From Candidatus Micrarchaeota archaeon (GTDB taxonomy: Archaea; Micrarchaeota; Micrarchaeia; Micrarchaeales; Micrarchaeaceae): a DNA stretch of 49,158 nt. The notes beneath the pieces were generated by a model. It was not told the origin of the DNA, ran no database searches, and saw only the letters and a program-made list of their open reading frames with translations. Shown one piece after another: positions 45,498-49,158 of the stretch. The position numbers were made by a program, and so were the translations under genes. How positions within the stretch are numbered: the stretch's first letter is position 1; the number at the start of each line of letters is the position of its first letter. Where the stretch lies: assembly GCA_021846635.1 (NCBI GenBank), contig JAJZWO010000001.1, positions 1 to 49,158 on the forward strand, written 5' to 3'.

Positions 45498-46265
45498 GTG
45501 CCCATCAAAGACAACGACGAAATAAAGTTCGTGTACGGATTTCCGGCAATGATCGCAGGCAAGGGCAAGAACGCTCCGATAGTGGTGGGCGACATACACA
45601 TAGGAATGGAGTCCAAGCTCCGCAAATTCGGCATACGCCTGTACGACATGGCAGCCCTAATGGCGCGCGAGATATTGAGGATGGCATCGGAATTCGGCAC
45701 ACACAGGGCAATACTGCTTGGCGACATAAAGGACCAGGTGCTCAGGCCTGAGTCCTCAGAGCGCTTTGCAATATCTAACTTCTTCAACATACTCTCGCCT
45801 CTCGATGTGACTGTCGTGCGCGGAAACCATGATGCTTACCTGTCCGATATGCTCTCTGTACCAATCGTTGACGAACTTACTCTCGGGAAGTTCTCTTTCA
45901 CCCACGGGAATTCGTGGCCTTCAGAAAAGGCGATGCAGTCCAAGTACCTAATAACTGCGCACAATCATGCTGCGCTTTCCATAAAGGACCTTAACGGCGC
46001 CGTATACTCAAGAAAAGCCTGGGTGATAGCAGAAATCAATCCGGATGAGGCGAGCAGGCGCTACGGCAAATTCAACAAGGGCATAAAGCTCGTAATAATG
46101 CCCGCGTTCAACGACATGATACTTGGGCATCCAGTCAATGAGGGAGAGTCGCGCGGTCTAGGGCCGCTGCTCCAGAACAGAGTGTTTGAAACAGAGACAG
46201 CGTCTGTATATTCGCTGGAAGGCCAATACTTTGGCAGCATATCCGAGCTCAGGAAAAAGCAGTAG
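45498..46265 (+). CDS. Calcineurin-like metallophosphoesterase (ICC/MJ0037-like)
   Basis: 255 aa with a GTG start. Motifs are VGDIHIG, LGDIKD, RGNHD, THGN and AHNH. Confidence 0.6.
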   Translation: MPIKDNDEIKFVYGFPAMIAGKGKNAPIVVGDIHIGMESKLRKFGIRLYDMAALMAREILRMASEFGTHRAILLGDIKDQVLRPESSERFAISNFFNILSPLDVTVVRGNHDAYLSDMLSVPIVDELTLGKFSFTHGNSWPSEKAMQSKYLITAHNHAALSIKDLNGAVYSRKAWVIAEINPDEASRRYGKFNKGIKLVIMPAFNDMILGHPVNEGESRGLGPLLQNRVFETETASVYSLEGQYFGSISELRKKQ

Positions 46266-46267
46266 TG

Positions 46268-46444
46268 CTACTTCTGCCTTATTATTGTTATCGGTATTAC
46301 TCCTTTCTCGAATTCCAGCTCAGCCAGATTCAGCGGGTCGACAATCCCCTCCGGGACCTTTATCAGCGGGGGCGCACCATAAGCCAGCTGCAATGCCCTT
46401 GCGCCTATGACCCTCGCCTTTTCGAACTTTGTGTACTCCTTCAT
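46268..46444 (-). CDS. rpoK: DNA-directed RNA polymerase subunit K (Rpo6)
   Basis: Hand-translated 58 aa, below the ORF-track cutoff: MKEYTKFEKARVIGARALQLAYGAPPLIKVPEGIVDPLNLAELEFEKGVIPITIIRQK. TKFEKARxIGARALQxxxGAP is the RpoK/Rpb6 signature. Confidence 0.8.
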   Translation of the reverse strand: MKEYTKFEKARVIGARALQLAYGAPPLIKVPEGIVDPLNLAELEFEKGVIPITIIRQK

Positions 46445-46456
46445 TCAAATAACCCT

Positions 46457-47911
46457 TCATATCGGATTCGGCTGGAACCTCTCCTTCACTTCGTGCATCT
46501 CCGACTGTACCTTTGCCTTCCACTCCTTGAAGCCGTCAGTGCTCTTTGGATACTTGCTATAGAGTTCGTCGAAGGTCTTCATTTTCCTCACAGTGTATAT
46601 GAGGTTGGAGAATGCCTTTATGTTGGCGGCTCCCTTCAGCGCTATCTTAAACTTCGATGCCAGGCTCAGCTCAGGTATGCGGCCATAGCTGAGGTCAACA
46701 GCCTCCTTCTCTGTTATAAACATCTTCATCCCGTAATTGAGCAGGTCGTTGTTGAGCGACTGCAGGTACACCCTGAACGCCTCCAGCCCTGCGGTCTTCT
46801 TTCCGTACTCCTCGTTGAATTCTAGGTTGTACTTCCACAGCGCCTTTATTCCGGTGTCGCCGGCCTTAGCCGCCCTTCCTGCATTTATTCCGCCGAGTAT
46901 TCCCGACACCATCGCAGGGCCTATACCACCGGCGCTTATCGGATTCGGCATAGCCATGCTGTCTCCTACTCCAATGTAACCGTTGTAAACAAGGGATTCC
47001 ATCTGCCTCCTTACTGCGACAGACCAATAGCCCTTCCCGTTCATGTTCTCGTTATCGAGTTTCACGTTCTTTATCACAGGATTGAAATCAACGTAAGCGT
47101 CCATAAGCGAGTGGAGCGTGTCCTTCTTCCCGAGCTTCTTGTTCCTCGTTTCAAGGCTTCTCTTTTGCACTCCAAGCCCTATGTTCACCCTGTTCCCATT
47201 TTTCGGGAAGACCCATCCGTAGCCTCCAGGCGCGAGCTCCTGGTTGAGGTGTATTATTGCATTCTTTGGATCGTAGTACCTTGGGTCGTCATGGTCCGGC
47301 TCAAACGAATATATGTATCTTCCAGTAGATTCGATGTCGTCTATGTCTATCATTCTGTCAACGTATTCGTTCTCTGGAAGCTTCCTCCTAAGCGTTGTGG
47401 CTATTCCGAGCGCGTCGACTACAACCTTTGCCATGTACTTTACGTGGGCTGTTTCCTTGTCTTTACCAAAAACGCCTACTACGCTGTTTGATTCTATTAT
47501 TGGCCCCTCTACTTCAAACTTGGGCACGTATTCGACGCCCTGCTTTATCGCATATTCCAGCAGCTTTCTCTCGAAAAGCGGCCTGTTTAGTACGTATCCC
47601 TCCCCATCAAATATGAATTTGGATTCAAGGTCGGGCGACAGAGCTAGCACTCCATCCACCTTCTTGTCAAGCTCCGGATAGCTGAAGCTCAGCCCCTTGG
47701 CGTTCTCGCGTATGTATTTCAGGTGGCTTTCAGCCACTGCGTCTCCGCAGACCCATCCCCAGTTGGTCTTCTTCCCTGCAGTTTCGATGTCGTTCCTGTC
47801 AAGGAGCAACACCTTGGCGCCTTCGCGTACAGCCATCGCCGCAGCAAGGCTGCCGCCCATTCCAGAGCCAGCTACAATTACATCATAGTAATTCTCATTC
47901 ATGAAATGCAC
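46457..47911 (-). CDS. Geranylgeranyl reductase family FAD-dependent oxidoreductase (archaeal lipid saturation)
   Basis: 484 aa. The FAD fold starts YDVIVAGSGMGGSLAAAMAVREGAKVLLLDR. Internal GGYGWVFP and VGDS motifs are present. The start may be the ATG at 47902. Confidence 0.7.
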   Translation of the reverse strand: MHFMNENYYDVIVAGSGMGGSLAAAMAVREGAKVLLLDRNDIETAGKKTNWGWVCGDAVAESHLKYIRENAKGLSFSYPELDKKVDGVLALSPDLESKFIFDGEGYVLNRPLFERKLLEYAIKQGVEYVPKFEVEGPIIESNSVVGVFGKDKETAHVKYMAKVVVDALGIATTLRRKLPENEYVDRMIDIDDIESTGRYIYSFEPDHDDPRYYDPKNAIIHLNQELAPGGYGWVFPKNGNRVNIGLGVQKRSLETRNKKLGKKDTLHSLMDAYVDFNPVIKNVKLDNENMNGKGYWSVAVRRQMESLVYNGYIGVGDSMAMPNPISAGGIGPAMVSGILGGINAGRAAKAGDTGIKALWKYNLEFNEEYGKKTAGLEAFRVYLQSLNNDLLNYGMKMFITEKEAVDLSYGRIPELSLASKFKIALKGAANIKAFSNLIYTVRKMKTFDELYSKYPKSTDGFKEWKAKVQSEMHEVKERFQPNPI

Positions 47912-48036
47912 TTTAGACTCGTGTAGGATAATACGAAAAGCCCAGCATTATACTAATATACAGATATTTATTTATATATGTGGGCGCACCTGCGCCACGA
48001 TTTACTGGAAGACGCAAGCTCAAACCGTATGTCTTG

Positions 48037-48141
48037 TGCGGGGGGTGAGATTCGAACTCACGAAGGTGCTAGACCACAGGATCTTAAGTCCTGCGCATTT
48101 TTCTGTGGCCATCAGACCAAACCAGACTCTGCCACCCCCGC
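48037..48141 (-). tRNA. tRNA-Leu (anticodon UAA), class II, with ~20-nt extra sequence in the D-loop (candidate non-canonical intron)
   Basis: Folded by hand from the reverse complement. Acceptor GCGGGGG/CCCCCGC. D-stem GCA/UGC. Anticodon stem CAGGA/UCCUG with loop CU-UAA-GA (anticodon at 48085-48087). Long variable arm UGGUCUAGCACCUUC. T-arm GUGAG-UUCGAAU-CUCAC. Discriminator A. Total length is 105 nt. Confidence 0.75.
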
Positions 48142-48143
48142 GA

Positions 48144-48887
48144 TCAAGCGTACATTGAAGGCCCTGTGTCATCCAGAGACTTCTTGTAGGTTTCGTGCGT
48201 TTCCTTTGTCTTTTTCATAAGTTCCTTGATCTTCGACTCAACAACCTTCGCCTCCTTGTCAAGCTCTGCCGTGTCTATATCAACTCCAAGTATGCTGTTC
48301 ATGCTTTTTATGGCAAGCACAGCGTATCCCGGATCTATGAGCGCCGGGTTTATAGGCACCAATATGTTTATGTCCTCCAGGTTGTCGTTCATCGCCATAC
48401 CTAGTATAAGCGCGTTTACCCCTGTAGCCATGCCATCCCCTATCGGCTTAAGCCCGTTCTTTTCTATCACGTCCTTCACAAGCTTCTTCGAGGAAGCTAC
48501 GCCGAAGACGTCCTTTGGCACCTCCTCCTGTTGGGTAGGTATGCCGCTGATTGATACGACCCTGTTTATCCCTCCCTTCTTTATGATATCTGAATATACT
48601 GCGTTGCTGAGATCGAAAGTCATTTCAAGCGGAATCGCAAACTCGGCAAAAATTGTCAAAAGCTTCAACTTTTCCGATATATAAATCCTTACGGGATGCA
48701 TCGGCACATCGTCGTGTATAGAGATCAGCGGAGGAAATTTGTCGCTCTCCAGATAACCTATGTTCTCCATTTCAAGCTTCTCCACAAGGTAGTTTATTGC
48801 CATCGGGCCGACCAGCCCGGCTCCAGGGAAACCCTCTATAAACGTGTATCCGTCAAGATTCTTTTTCTGCATTTTTATCTCTATCAT
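48144..48887 (-). CDS. Proteasome assembly chaperone (PAC2) family protein
   Basis: FIEGFPGAGLVGPMAINYLV near the N-terminus is the PAC2-family hallmark. I take the start as 48887 or 48872; the track ORF extends to 49007. The stop is 2 nt from the tRNA-Leu 5' end. Confidence 0.6.
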   Translation of the reverse strand: MIEIKMQKKNLDGYTFIEGFPGAGLVGPMAINYLVEKLEMENIGYLESDKFPPLISIHDDVPMHPVRIYISEKLKLLTIFAEFAIPLEMTFDLSNAVYSDIIKKGGINRVVSISGIPTQQEEVPKDVFGVASSKKLVKDVIEKNGLKPIGDGMATGVNALILGMAMNDNLEDINILVPINPALIDPGYAVLAIKSMNSILGVDIDTAELDKEAKVVESKIKELMKKTKETHETYKKSLDDTGPSMYA

Positions 48888-49083
48888 GAAAGCACTAATA
48901 CTGTTTTTGCGCCAAGCTTTAAATAGCTGTGCAAAAATATCGGGACTGCAAGCGCTGCTGCCTTCTTGAAGCGCCTCGCTCGCGTCTGTCGAGTAATCCC
49001 CTTTCATGTGTCGACGGTCTTCCGACGGAGTTCTGACGATAGATATATAAATTTATAGAATGATATGAAAACGGTGAATTAAA

Positions 49084-49158
49084 ATGGCAGAGAGAGTAGG
49101 AAGAGAAAGAATAGACAGGGAAGATGGCTATCTTTACTATCTTGGTAAGGACGGCGCA
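49084..49158 (+). CDS. Partial ORF of unknown function (3' end outside window)
   Basis: An ATG at 49084 opens MAERVGRERIDREDGYLYYLGKDGA with no stop before the window edge. Only 25 codons are visible. Confidence 0.3.
   Translation, partial: MAERVGRERIDREDGYLYYLGKDGA

Noticed and set aside
47901-48220. Two ~80-aa + strand ORFs (47901-48158 and 47978-48220) overlapping the tRNA-Leu locus.
   Set aside because: They run through a well-folded tRNA gene and the 3' end of the PAC2 gene on the opposite strand. They have no recognisable motifs.
1-49158. A scan of the whole window for CRISPR arrays, transposases, integrases, prophage remnants, toxin-antitoxin pairs and known defence genes, including the flanks of both tRNAs.
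   Set aside because: The only direct repeat of note is the in-gene 231-nt duplication. No spacer-repeat periodicity, no IS-like inverted-repeat-bounded ORFs and no integrase next to either tRNA were seen. The Lhr helicase, SMC and nucleases all sit in housekeeping contexts.

Overview
This 49 kb window looks like core archaeal chromosome, with about 55 protein genes and 2 tRNAs packed tightly on both strands. Gene content is archaeal throughout. Lineage is only an inference (Thermoplasmata-like or DPANN-like, possibly acidophilic).

Main gene groups:
- Informational genes: gyrA C-terminal fragment, aTrm56, an Lhr-type helicase, archaeal D-aminoacyl-tRNA deacylase, ProRS, aEF-2, RpoK, a beta-CASP RNase, and ribosomal proteins L14e, L34e, L24e, S28e, L7Ae, S7, S12 and L30e.
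- Maintenance and division genes: thermosome, prefoldin beta, adenylate and cytidylate kinases, a DUF106/YidC-like protein, SMC, FtsZ, deoxyhypusine synthase, Sec11-type signal peptidase, an S2P/CBS protease and a PAC2-type proteasome assembly chaperone.
- Metabolic and envelope blocks: nuoABCD only, ADP-forming acetyl-CoA synthetase beta and alpha subunits plus a class-III aminotransferase, proline dehydrogenase, a flippase-like/GT4/DUF929/PAP2 cluster, two transporters and a geranylgeranyl reductase.

I found no CRISPR array, transposase, integrase, prophage or recognisable defence system. I cannot point to a clear multi-gene novel system.

Most noteworthy observations:
1. tRNA-Trp(CCA) has a 62-nt intron carrying a box C/D guide. 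Its N+5 position falls exactly on the tRNA's own C34.
2. tRNA-Leu(UAA) has about 20 extra nucleotides in the D-loop, a candidate non-canonical intron.
3. A 667-aa sequon-rich surface protein has an N-terminal domain with eqolisin (G1 glutamic peptidase)-like motifs. It also contains a 231-nt tandem duplication with 83-nt perfectly identical cores.
4. A tail-anchored protein with two wHTH-like modules heads the acetyl-CoA synthetase/aminotransferase gene string.
5. An abutting prefoldin-beta, DHH phosphoesterase and Mre11-like trio has no Rad50, HerA or NurA partner.
6. An isolated nuoABCD module.
7. A signal peptidase with a roughly 130-aa insertion.

Two real genes shorter than 60 aa (rpl24e, rpoK) are missing from the supplied ORF track. 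I recovered them by hand translation. All family assignments come from motif reading by eye, not from database searches.
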